DNA from: an uncultured Chloroflexia bacterium
GTDB taxonomy: Bacteria > Chloroflexota > Anaerolineae > JAAYZQ01
Reading direction: 5' to 3'
DNA length: 60,128 bases
NCBI GenBank assembly: GCA_963700285.1
Contig: CAVOXA010000003.1
Span: forward strand, 1 to 60,128
The notes beneath the pieces were generated by a model that was given only the letters and a program-made list of their open reading frames with translations, ran no database searches and was not told the origin of the DNA. Of this stretch, positions 26,062-34,690 are shown one piece after another; the stretch's first letter is position 1, and every line of letters starts with the position of its first letter. Made by a program: the position numbers and the translations under genes.

Positions 26062-26448
26062 ATGGAACTCATAGGACGAACCATCAAGAGCGGAACCGCC
26101 AAAGGCGTCGCCCTCGTGACATCCGAACCCATCGGATTCCTCGGTGGGGTAGACCCGGAGACGGGTCTCGTCATTGAACCTGGGCATCCCCTGGAGCGGC
26201 AGTGTGTTACCGGCAGGGTGCTGGTCTTTCCCACAGGCAAGGGCAGCACGGTAGGCTCTTACACCCTTTATCGCATGGCCAAGGCTGGCACGGCACCGGC
26301 CGCCATTATCAATGCCGAAAGCGAAGCAATTGTGGCTGTGGGAGCGATCATCAGCGACATTCCCATGGTAGACCAGGTGGACATCGCCCAGATCCGGACC
26401 GGCGACCAGGTGTCCATCGATGGAGATCGCGTGGAGATTAGCCGATGA
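26062..26448 (+). CDS. Aconitase X swivel (DUF126) subunit, likely phosphomevalonate dehydratase small subunit
   Basis: FLGGVDPETG, GKGSTVGSY (catalytic Ser motif), APAAII. Confidence 0.9.
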   Translation: MELIGRTIKSGTAKGVALVTSEPIGFLGGVDPETGLVIEPGHPLERQCVTGRVLVFPTGKGSTVGSYTLYRMAKAGTAPAAIINAESEAIVAVGAIISDIPMVDQVDIAQIRTGDQVSIDGDRVEISR

Positions 26449-27299
26449 CGCCAAGCAGTACAGGCCGGCTGGTTTTCGTAAAGCTAGGCGGTTCGGTGAT
26501 CACCGACAAGACCCAGCCCGAGATGGATCGACCGGAAGTAATCAGCCGTCTCGCAAACGAGGTCGCGCGTGCGCTGGCTAACCGGCCTGACCTGCGGTTG
26601 GTGCTGGGACACGGCAGCGGATCGTTTGGGCACGTTGTCGCCCAGCACTACGGAACACGCCAGGGGGTACGCGGAGCAGCCCAATGGCAGGGCTTTGCCG
26701 AGGTAGCTTTGGTCGCATCGCTGCTGAATCGCATTGTGACCGAGGAATTCCTGGAAGCTGGCGTTCCAGTTTGGTCGCTCCAGCCGTCTGCTATGGCCTG
26801 GTGCCGCGCCGGCGAACTGATATCGTTACCTACCAGGCCTGTGGAACACGCGCTGTCCGCTGGGTTGGTCCCCCTTTTGTATGGCGACGTGGCCCTTGAC
26901 GAGGTACAAGGAGGTACAATCATCTCCACTGAGCAGATCTTTGCCTACCTGGCTCGCCAACTCCGCCCGGCCCAGATCGTGCTGGTGGGGGCGGTGGATG
27001 GAGTGTATGACCGGGATCCATTGCGCGACCCATCAGCCAGCCCCATAGCAGAGATCTCGGCCGCGAACTGGGAAACGATACGCGGCTCCCTGGGCGGCTC
27101 TCATGCCACCGACGTGACCGGTGGGATGCATTCCAAGGTTGCAGAGATGATGAGCTTGGTCCAAGAAGTACCAGGGCTCACGGTACACCTGGTCTCAGGC
27201 GAGCGGCGCAGTGCCCTGGAGACGGCCCTGCTCGAACCTGCCAGAGCTGCGGGAGGGACCATGATCCGCTGGAATGACCAGGTGGGCATCGGAAGGTAA
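26445..27299 (+). CDS. ipk: Isopentenyl phosphate kinase
   Basis: KLGGSVITDK, HGSGSFGH with the IPK-specific His, YGDV, DVTGGM..K; ATGA overlap with upstream gene. Confidence 0.92.
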   Translation: MTPSSTGRLVFVKLGGSVITDKTQPEMDRPEVISRLANEVARALANRPDLRLVLGHGSGSFGHVVAQHYGTRQGVRGAAQWQGFAEVALVASLLNRIVTEEFLEAGVPVWSLQPSAMAWCRAGELISLPTRPVEHALSAGLVPLLYGDVALDEVQGGTIISTEQIFAYLARQLRPAQIVLVGAVDGVYDRDPLRDPSASPIAEISAANWETIRGSLGGSHATDVTGGMHSKVAEMMSLVQEVPGLTVHLVSGERRSALETALLEPARAAGGTMIRWNDQVGIGR

Positions 27300-27309
27300 T
27301 CCAGCTAAC

Positions 27310-27338
27310 TTGCCCGGACACCCAAAAGGTGCTATGAT
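27310..27338 (+). promoter_or_regulatory. Putative internal promoter upstream of mvaD
   Basis: TTGCCC-17-TATGAT with extended TGn. Confidence 0.55.
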
Positions 27339-27362
27339 ACCGGCAAAGGCTGGAATACAAGT

Positions 27363-28349
27363 ATGTCGAAAGGCAAGGCGACCGCGGTCGCAAACCCGAA
27401 TATCGCTTTCATCAAATACTGGGGCAAGGCCAACGATGCCCTGAACCTGCCTGCCAATCCATCACTTTCGATGAACCTGGCAGCACTGACGACCGTGACG
27501 ACTGTCGAGTTTCGGCCAAGATTGCCCAGCGACATGGTGACCATCGACGGTCAGCCGGCAACGGGCCATGCTCTGGAGCGGGTAGTTCAGCACCTTGATC
27601 GAGTCCGGGCACTGGCCGGACTCGATGAAAAAGCCCAGGTCGTCAGTCAGAATGACTTTCCGGCTGGGACGGGGTTGGCCTCATCAGCATCCGCCTTTGC
27701 GGCCCTGTCACTGGCAGCGACGCGGGCAGCAGGGATTCAGTTGTCGGAAGAAGAATTATCGCGCCTGGCGCGATTGGGATCTGGGTCGGCCTGCCGGTCG
27801 GTGCCTGCTGGCTTTGTCCTATGGGACGGGGATCGCGATGCTACATCGTTTGCCCGTCAGGTAGCGCCCCCAGATCACTGGGATTTGTGCGATCTGGTTG
27901 CCATCGTCAGCCACCAGCACAAACAGGTGGGCTCGCACCACGGACACGAGCTCGCATCGACCAGTCCATTCTACCCAGCCCGGTTGGATGCCGTGCCAGA
28001 ACTGCTGGCAACGGTCATGTCGGGCATTCAGCAGCGTGATCTGGCGACCGTGGGATCCGCCATTGAGGCCGATACCCTGGCTATGCACGGGGTGATGATG
28101 ACCTCAGATCCTTCGCTCTTGTACTGGGAAGACGCGACTGTGGCCGTGCTGCAAGGGGTGCGAGCTTGGCGCCAATCGGGTCTGGACGTCTTTTTTACGC
28201 TGGATGCTGGCCCCAATGTCCACTGCTTCTGTGAAGGACGCGACGTCGCTGAGGTTGAGGCACGATTGCGCGACCTGCCAGGCGTCCGAGATGTACTGCT
28301 TAGCGGTCCGGGTGGTGGTGTGCGGCTTGTGGAATACTATTTGTTCTAG
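27363..28349 (+). CDS. mvaD: GHMP-family (di)phosphomevalonate decarboxylase
   Basis: NIAFIKYWGK, GLASSASAFAAL, RLGSGSACRS, FTLDAGPNVH. Confidence 0.93.
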   Translation: MSKGKATAVANPNIAFIKYWGKANDALNLPANPSLSMNLAALTTVTTVEFRPRLPSDMVTIDGQPATGHALERVVQHLDRVRALAGLDEKAQVVSQNDFPAGTGLASSASAFAALSLAATRAAGIQLSEEELSRLARLGSGSACRSVPAGFVLWDGDRDATSFARQVAPPDHWDLCDLVAIVSHQHKQVGSHHGHELASTSPFYPARLDAVPELLATVMSGIQQRDLATVGSAIEADTLAMHGVMMTSDPSLLYWEDATVAVLQGVRAWRQSGLDVFFTLDAGPNVHCFCEGRDVAEVEARLRDLPGVRDVLLSGPGGGVRLVEYYLF

Positions 28350-28366
28350 ATAGGCAAAAGTCATAC

Positions 28367-29023
28367 TTGGAGGCTCTTGAGTTGGAGTATAGCGAAAAGG
28401 TCATGGACCACTTTATGAATCCCCGCAACGTGGGGGTTATCGAGGATGCTGACGGCGTCGGCCGGACGGGCAACCCGACCTGCGGCGATCTTATGGAGAT
28501 GTCGATCAAGATCCATGAGGGCGTGATCACGGACATCAAGTTTCGGACCTTTGGCTGCGGGGCAGCCATCGCTACGAGTTCGATGGCCACTGAGTTGATC
28601 CTGGGCAAGACAATTGACGAAGCGTTAGAGATCTCAAATCGGGCCATCGCCGAGGCACTGGACGGACTACCACCGATCAAGATGCATTGTTCAGTTCTGG
28701 CTGCTGATGCCCTGCGGGCCACGCTGGCCGATTATTACACCCGCCAGGGCCAACTGGAAAAAGCCGCTGCACTCACCGACGATAGAGTGGCCGAGCCCGT
28801 GGACGCGGAGGAGGCGCGCGAGCCACTGCATTGGGACGACTTTTCCAGAATGGTACGGGCTCTGAATTCCGCCTATCCAGATACGGATCCCCTGGACCTG
28901 AGCACAACCAAGCTGTTCAAAATGGTCCTGAAACTGCCTGGCTTTGATGACAACCCGGGGGTGGCCAACGAGGAGCACTTGGAAAAGCTGCAGATGGCCT
29001 GGCACGATGTTCAGGCTGGCTAG
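28367..29023 (+). CDS. iscU: Fe-S scaffold IscU/NifU-N fused to a C-terminal IscX-like domain
   Basis: YSEKVMDHF.NPRN.G, CGD, FGC..AIA.SS, LPPIKMHCS; tail LHWDD...YPDTDP...FDDNP...NEEHLEKLQMAW. Confidence 0.88.
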   Translation: MEALELEYSEKVMDHFMNPRNVGVIEDADGVGRTGNPTCGDLMEMSIKIHEGVITDIKFRTFGCGAAIATSSMATELILGKTIDEALEISNRAIAEALDGLPPIKMHCSVLAADALRATLADYYTRQGQLEKAAALTDDRVAEPVDAEEAREPLHWDDFSRMVRALNSAYPDTDPLDLSTTKLFKMVLKLPGFDDNPGVANEEHLEKLQMAWHDVQAG

Positions 29024-29047
29024 GGAAAGGTTTAGGGAATAGATGCT

Positions 29048-30325
29048 GTGGTAACGGTTCTGTCACTGGTAATCGCACTGAGTGTCGTCGTATTTGTGCA
29101 TGAATTGGGGCACCTGCTCGCCGCCAAGCGCGCAAAGGTGGTCGTCGAGGAGTTTGGCTTCGGCTATCCGCCCCGCGTGTTCACCTTTTGGCATAGCGAA
29201 GGTGACATTGTCATCGGCGGGAGAAAAATCGTGATCCCCCGTGACTTTCAGTTGCCAAAAGGCCTGCAAGCTCGATCTCTCGTGGTCTACCAGACTGGTA
29301 CCGACAAGAAGGGCCGCGAGGTATTGACCCACGTTGAGGAGGTCGAACCCGAGGATGCAGCCATCGAATCAGCCAGTTATGTAGAGCGGCTAGATCCAGG
29401 TACACTCTTCTCTGTCAATGCGATCCCCTTTGGGGGCTTTGCCCGCATGCTGGGCGAAGAAGATCCGACCTTCCCTGGCAGCCTGGCCAGCAAGAGCAAG
29501 ATCACGCGAATCGTGGTGCTGGCCGCCGGAGCAGGCATGAATCTGTTGATGGCGGTAGTCTTTTTTTCCCTGGCACTTCGTTTGGGAGCACCGGCTGTCG
29601 CGCAGCCGGAGAATGCGGTGGTTAACGCAGTAACCCCAGGTTCGCCTGCTGAGACTTCGGGCCTGTTGCCCAGGGACGTGATCTTGCGCGCCGATGACCG
29701 GGAAATTGAGACAATCGCCGACCTGCAGGAACATACTCAGGCCCACCTTGGAGCCCCTGTGGCGCTGACTGTACTGCGCGACGACGGTACACAGCAGATC
29801 ACGGTCGTACCTCGCATCTCTCCGCCAGAGGGTGAGGGACCGATGGGTATCAGTCTGACTCCACGCATGGCCGTCAAGCAGTATCCATGGCCTGAAGCCA
29901 TCTGGCTGGGGATAAAACAAACAGCAGGCTATATCAGCCTCATCATCACCCTGCCCGTCCAGATCATCAGAGGTCTGATCCCAGCCGACCTTGCCCGGCC
30001 CGTGGGCCCAGTGGGAGTAGGGCGGTTGGTGGGCGATGCAGTACAGTACTCGCTGGACAGCGGATGGTGGTTTCCAGTGATGCAGATGATGGGTACCTTG
30101 AGCGTGGCCCTGGCTGTTACCAACCTACTGCCACTGCCTGCGCTGGATGGCGGACGTATTCTCTTTGTCATTGTAGAAGGCATTCGAGGTCGCCGCATAG
30201 ATCCGGCCAAAGAGGGCCTGGTACACCTCATTGGTATGTTGTTGCTGGTAGGCCTGATGCTATTCATTACCTGGCAGGATTTGATCAACCCAGTGCCCTC
30301 TTTGGACTGGGGCAGTTTCTTCTAA
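29048..30325 (+). CDS. rseP: M50 intramembrane zinc protease with PDZ domain
   Basis: HELGH, FGFGYPP, IPFGGF, AG..MN, GPVG, NLLPLPALDGG. Confidence 0.93.
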   Translation: MVTVLSLVIALSVVVFVHELGHLLAAKRAKVVVEEFGFGYPPRVFTFWHSEGDIVIGGRKIVIPRDFQLPKGLQARSLVVYQTGTDKKGREVLTHVEEVEPEDAAIESASYVERLDPGTLFSVNAIPFGGFARMLGEEDPTFPGSLASKSKITRIVVLAAGAGMNLLMAVVFFSLALRLGAPAVAQPENAVVNAVTPGSPAETSGLLPRDVILRADDREIETIADLQEHTQAHLGAPVALTVLRDDGTQQITVVPRISPPEGEGPMGISLTPRMAVKQYPWPEAIWLGIKQTAGYISLIITLPVQIIRGLIPADLARPVGPVGVGRLVGDAVQYSLDSGWWFPVMQMMGTLSVALAVTNLLPLPALDGGRILFVIVEGIRGRRIDPAKEGLVHLIGMLLLVGLMLFITWQDLINPVPSLDWGSFF

Positions 30326-30414
30326 CTCACAGCGTCCAGGACTGTAACATGCATCTCACATCACAAGACGTGTCGCTATAGTGGAGTCCAGTTCACCGGC
30401 GACGAGGCAGTCCA

Positions 30415-31311
30415 GTGAAAAAGTGTAGCCGTTGTCGCACCGAGGTCCAGACCGGACAACTCGTCTGTCCCCATTGTGGCAAGCCCCAGCGACACCCCCG
30501 GAGCATTCGCTGCCGGCACTGTGGCACGGTCAGTAGCCGGGCCTTTGAGGTATGTCCCAGTTGCGGCGAACCCCTGCGGCATGACTGGCTCCGGCCGCTG
30601 CTAATCGGAGCCGGCTTTGTGGTCGCGATCGCGTTCTTGTTCCTGGTGATTCCCTGGCTGCAACAGCGTCTGGAAGGCTTCCGGCCTCCATTGGCAATGG
30701 GCACAGTCCAAGCTGTCGCTAGCGAAGTTCCGATCCTCGTCCTTGTCGAGGTACCCACTTTGACGTCCACCCCGACTGCAACAAATACCCCCATACCCAC
30801 CAGCACCCCTACCACTACACCGACACCCAGCCTGACACCTACCTTGACGCCGACAGTCACGCCAACTGAGACGCCCACGCCTGCGCCAACCTGGACACCC
30901 ACGCCTACGGTAACCCGTGTGCAGCCATCGCCGACGCCGACAGAAACCCCGACGTCTGCGCCAACCGTCGCCCCGCCAACACCGTTCAGACCTGAAGACG
31001 GCGCCTTGTTCAGCGGGGAAAATGCCAAGATCGAGTTGGCATGGACCAGTGGACACACGCTGAAGCCTGATGAATGTTTTCTGGTGACGGTACGCTGGAC
31101 CGAACGAGGAGTTCGGACAAGTACGCAGGTATGCATACAGGCAACATCCTGGTTCGCGGATGGGTCGCTCCATCTTCGGGCAGACCAGGAGACCGATCGA
31201 GTATACGATTGGAGCGTACAGCTTGCTCGGGAGGAAACCGACGAGAACGGCCAGGAGACTTTTGCCTCTTTTAGCCCTTCAAGCGACGAACGTTCCTTTC
31301 ACTGGCGGTAG
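30415..31311 (+). CDS. Double zinc-ribbon, single-TM protein with Pro/Thr linker and beta-rich C-terminal domain
   Basis: Four CxxC, a hydrophobic segment, a TPTxT stretch and a Trp-rich tail. Confidence 0.75.
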   Translation: MKKCSRCRTEVQTGQLVCPHCGKPQRHPRSIRCRHCGTVSSRAFEVCPSCGEPLRHDWLRPLLIGAGFVVAIAFLFLVIPWLQQRLEGFRPPLAMGTVQAVASEVPILVLVEVPTLTSTPTATNTPIPTSTPTTTPTPSLTPTLTPTVTPTETPTPAPTWTPTPTVTRVQPSPTPTETPTSAPTVAPPTPFRPEDGALFSGENAKIELAWTSGHTLKPDECFLVTVRWTERGVRTSTQVCIQATSWFADGSLHLRADQETDRVYDWSVQLAREETDENGQETFASFSPSSDERSFHWR

Positions 31312-31340
31312 GCGCCCTCCGGCTCAGGATTCAGAGAACA

Positions 31341-31394
31341 CAGACAGCAGCCCCGCATCAGGCAGAAATACTCTGAGAGCGGGGCTGCTGTTTG
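31341..31394. terminator. Hairpin between convergent genes
   Basis: CAGACAGCAGCCCCGC...GCGGGGCTGCTGTTTG. Confidence 0.65.
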
Positions 31395-31434
31395 TGTTGG
31401 TACCGGAAAGCGCTGCGGCATCATTGGACCCGGG

Positions 31435-32082
31435 TCATATCTCGCGAACGTCAACGATCTCGGCCCCTTCAATCTGGGACAAGTTGGACAGCAATACCTC
31501 GCGGTCAACATTCCTGACCTTGACAACCAGGCCAGCTTTGATGGGGTCTTGGGCCAGAAAAGTTCCGCAAGCGACAATATTGCCGCCTTGCCCTGCCACG
31601 GCCTGGGCAACTAGGGCCAGCTCACCTTCCCGATTTGGTACCTCCATGGTTATGCGCAAGCCCTTCTCCCGGGCGGCAAACAACTCCATGAAGGTCCGGA
31701 ACACATCGCTTTCGGTGACAATGCCCACCAGCCTTCCATCCCGCAGTACAGGCAGGCAACCGATCTTGTGATCCAACATCAAGTGGGCTGCTTCCTCGAT
31801 GGGAGTATCCTCGGAGGTGGTGATCACGGTTTTCACCATGACATCCTTCACCTTGACCCTGGTCAGGAGGGAATGAATCTCCCACACACTTAGCAAAGTT
31901 GCCTCTGATGGTTCGGCCTTCAGCAGGTCATCTTCGGTGACAAGGCCCACCATCTTGCCCGTCTTGTCCACTACCGGAAGATGCCGGATATTCTGCTGCT
32001 GCATGTATTGGTGCGCGCCCGATAGAGATTCACCTGCCGAAACGGTCAGAGGATGTTTGATCATTCGGTCCTTGACTAACAT
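31435..32082 (-). CDS. CBS pair plus ACT domain protein (AcuB-like)
   Basis: IRHLPVVD, IGCLPV, GIVTESD, NREGELA ACT loop. Confidence 0.9.
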   Translation of the reverse strand: MLVKDRMIKHPLTVSAGESLSGAHQYMQQQNIRHLPVVDKTGKMVGLVTEDDLLKAEPSEATLLSVWEIHSLLTRVKVKDVMVKTVITTSEDTPIEEAAHLMLDHKIGCLPVLRDGRLVGIVTESDVFRTFMELFAAREKGLRITMEVPNREGELALVAQAVAGQGGNIVACGTFLAQDPIKAGLVVKVRNVDREVLLSNLSQIEGAEIVDVREI

Positions 32083-32266
32083 TGACTGTATCCCCCCTAT
32101 TCTATTAGGCTTGGCTTCAGTACTATTGTAAAGCCAAGGTTACAATATGTCAAATGCTGACCGCGACGTGGGTCGAGGCTCGATCAAATCTCACAGAGGC
32201 TGTACCCGGATGAGCACAAGTCCCTTCCAGTGCGGATGCTTTCACATCCCAAACTTGATATCTCAC

Positions 32267-32308
32267 AAAAAAGCCCCGCTGGCAACCGAAACCGGCCTCA
32301 GCGGGGCT
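32267..32308 (-). terminator. Intrinsic terminator after the LysM gene
   Basis: AGCCCCGCTG...CAGCGGGGCT followed by a T-tract on the minus strand. Confidence 0.7.
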
Positions 32309-32400
32309 CATGATTTTCCGTTCAGGACAAGAGCCCACGCCGCCCTTGGAACCTACAGAACAGGTCACCAAGCAGGGGGCTCAACCGACACTGGTACGTA

Positions 32401-33594
32401 CTACCTGGCACACTCCAATCTGATGGCATCCAGGTTGACGTCCAGCTCTTTTCCTACCGTGCCCCATTTCTTCCAGGCGCGGATAAAGATCGTGATCTTG
32501 CCCGACGGAGCCAGAAATGTCGTGCTATAGTTTTCCATAGTCCCGGGCGCCTCGCGGGGGTACACGTCGTCCCACGGGATGGTGACCCAGTTCTGCACGT
32601 GTTGCCAGTTGGTGCTGCCATTGGCAGTGTAACCCCACTGGACACGGTAGGCATCGTCATCGCGATCCTCGTCCTCAGCCAGCGCCCGCAACATGCCGCT
32701 CATGGACAGCTTGTACTTTGCCCCTGGGACCAGCCCGTGTACGGTCTGGAAGATACCGGCGTAGCGATCAGGATCTGAACCATCCCGGCAGAGCGTGGTC
32801 TTGCAAAAGCTAGCGATTTCGATCAACTGCGAGTGCTTTCCTTGAGCAACCACTGGCGCCCAGGTTTCATCGTAGAAACCGTAGGTCACCTCGCCGCCAT
32901 TCTGGAAGGCACCCCAACCGTTGCCCACGTCTCCGTTTGCCACTCGATGGAAGCCGTCCTCAAAGCCGCCGTTCTGCACGAAAGGCCTGTCTACACACTT
33001 GGCGTGGGAAATGTACTTGCAACGGCCCTCCGCGTCGCATACGATTGTATACCCCCCCGCAGGTGGCATGCCTGCTGGAGGCTTGGCTACGGGAGGCTTG
33101 GCTACGGGAGGCTTGGCTACGGGAGGCTTGGGCGCCGGCTTCACGCACTTTGTCGGGACCTTGAGCTTCTGGCCAACATAGACTTTGTTGGCATTCTTGA
33201 GCCCATTGGCCTTGGTAATGGCCTTGATAGTGGTACCATACCGCTGAGCGATGATCTTTACGTATTCGCCGCGCTTGACGACAACGACTTTCGTGCAGGC
33301 ATAGGTACTGCCACTTGACGAAGATGATGGATTGGCTGCAGCACTACTCTTTGTGGGAATACACAAGCGCTGACCACGATAGACCAAATTCGCATTCTTG
33401 ATGTTGTTCGCGCGTACTATGGACGACGCGCTGACGCCATACTTGCGCGCAATCTGGGTCAAGTTCTGACCGCGTGAGACCTTGTGCCAGGTCTTGCAGC
33501 TAGCAGCAGAGGCGCTGCCGGACGCAGTTGCTGGCAAGACAAACACGGACAGCAGAGCGATGAGGACCAACACGCTGATCATTCGGCTTTTCAT
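32401..33594 (-). CDS. Secreted protein with two LysM domains, Pro-rich linker and C-terminal CBM-like domain
   Basis: Signal peptide; HKVSRGQNLTQIARKYG..ANNIKNANLVY.GQ.L and a second copy; NGGFE start of beta-sandwich; AAGGAG RBS. Confidence 0.88.
   Translation of the reverse strand: MKSRMISVLVLIALLSVFVLPATASGSASAASCKTWHKVSRGQNLTQIARKYGVSASSIVRANNIKNANLVYRGQRLCIPTKSSAAANPSSSSSGSTYACTKVVVVKRGEYVKIIAQRYGTTIKAITKANGLKNANKVYVGQKLKVPTKCVKPAPKPPVAKPPVAKPPVAKPPAGMPPAGGYTIVCDAEGRCKYISHAKCVDRPFVQNGGFEDGFHRVANGDVGNGWGAFQNGGEVTYGFYDETWAPVVAQGKHSQLIEIASFCKTTLCRDGSDPDRYAGIFQTVHGLVPGAKYKLSMSGMLRALAEDEDRDDDAYRVQWGYTANGSTNWQHVQNWVTIPWDDVYPREAPGTMENYSTTFLAPSGKITIFIRAWKKWGTVGKELDVNLDAIRLECAR
33077..33131 (-). 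repeat. 15-bp coding tandem repeat (KPPVA) x3+
   Basis: GGAGGCTTGGCTACG x3 plus a partial copy on the plus strand. Confidence 0.9.
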
Positions 33595-33651
33595 CGGTTT
33601 AACTCCTTTCAACACCAAAAGGGCTTAGAAACTCAGATTCCGATTTACCAT

Positions 33652-33680
33652 ATTATACTGCAAAACTTTTTGTTTGTCAA
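33652..33680 (-). promoter_or_regulatory. Consensus sigma70 promoter of the LysM gene, AT-rich upstream
   Basis: Minus-strand TTGACA-17-TATAAT. Confidence 0.85.
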
Positions 33681-33967
33681 GTCGCTCCCTGGTCGTTTCT
33701 CGTGTTGTTAATCTTTATCTACCGATTACATATCTTCTAATCACATCACATTTGTTTTCTAAATTTTATTCCCGTATCAATCTGATATTAACGCAAATCA
33801 AGTGTTTCTTCACGTTAGTGGCGTCCAATCAGGGGATTCTCCGATACAGATGTGAAGAACAACAAACGGCCGCATCCTGTTGGTCACAGGGACGGCCGTC
33901 GTCTATGTTGGGAGCCGCGAGTGCCACGTTGAGACCAGGCCGGGTCGAGGTCTGCGCTACGCAGCAA

Positions 33968-34294
33968 CTAGAGAGGAGTTGGCGCCTCTATGCCACTCAA
34001 ATCCACCACCGAGTCATACGATCCGTATGGATTCTCCTTGTGATCGTCGGCGTGCCAATCGTTGAGCCACTCCTTGCCATCTACCAGATAGCGAAAGCGA
34101 TACTGCTGGCCCTGACTCAACTGGACGGTCGCCCGCCAATTGGCATCGGATCGGGTACGGGTCATGGGCGTGGCGGTGGTGTCCCAATCATTGAATTCAC
34201 CCACCAGATTGACACGCTCGGCCCACATGGTCGAAGGCAACTCAAAAGTAACTGCTACAAGCCCATCTTTGCCAACTGGTCCCTTGGTAATCAT
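33968..34294 (-). CDS. Stand-alone isoamylase early-set/CBM48-like glycogen-binding protein
   Basis: VTF.LP, V.LVGEFNDW, YRFRYLVDG.EW.ND, NPYG. Confidence 0.88.
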   Translation of the reverse strand: MITKGPVGKDGLVAVTFELPSTMWAERVNLVGEFNDWDTTATPMTRTRSDANWRATVQLSQGQQYRFRYLVDGKEWLNDWHADDHKENPYGSYDSVVDLSGIEAPTPL

Positions 34295-34329
34295 GGCTTT
34301 TCCTCTATCTACATAGTAGGCTGAGAGCC

Positions 34330-34358
34330 ATTATAACCCAATCGACGGGATGTGTCAA
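34330..34358 (-). promoter_or_regulatory. Consensus sigma70 promoter
   Basis: Minus-strand TTGACA-17-TATAAT. Confidence 0.8.
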
Positions 34359-34690
34359 TATGGGGGATTGACCCCCAGCAATTCTCAACAAAGGGAGATA
34401 GTGTATACGGGTGGAGGAATGACTTGGTCGTGGTCGCGCGAGATCGGGGGGACCAGATGGCAAAGCGGCTGTCGGAACTCCGGCCGACGCCACAGATTTC
34501 GAATTGCTGGAAAGCGCTCAGATGCGAATTGAGCTTTCTTTCTGAGTTGACTCTGGAGGGCCCTTGCCATATAATAGCTGAGATTCGGTCGAGGTTCGTA
34601 AGCTAACAGGTACGTGGAAAGTACTGCAAGAGAGATCACGACCTCAAAAGAGACACTCGATCTTGACGTTGGAGGAAGATTTGTGGGGCC

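Noticed and set aside
34361-34377. TGGGGG-N5-CCCCCA palindrome
   Set aside because: Only a 6-bp stem and no second copy noticed
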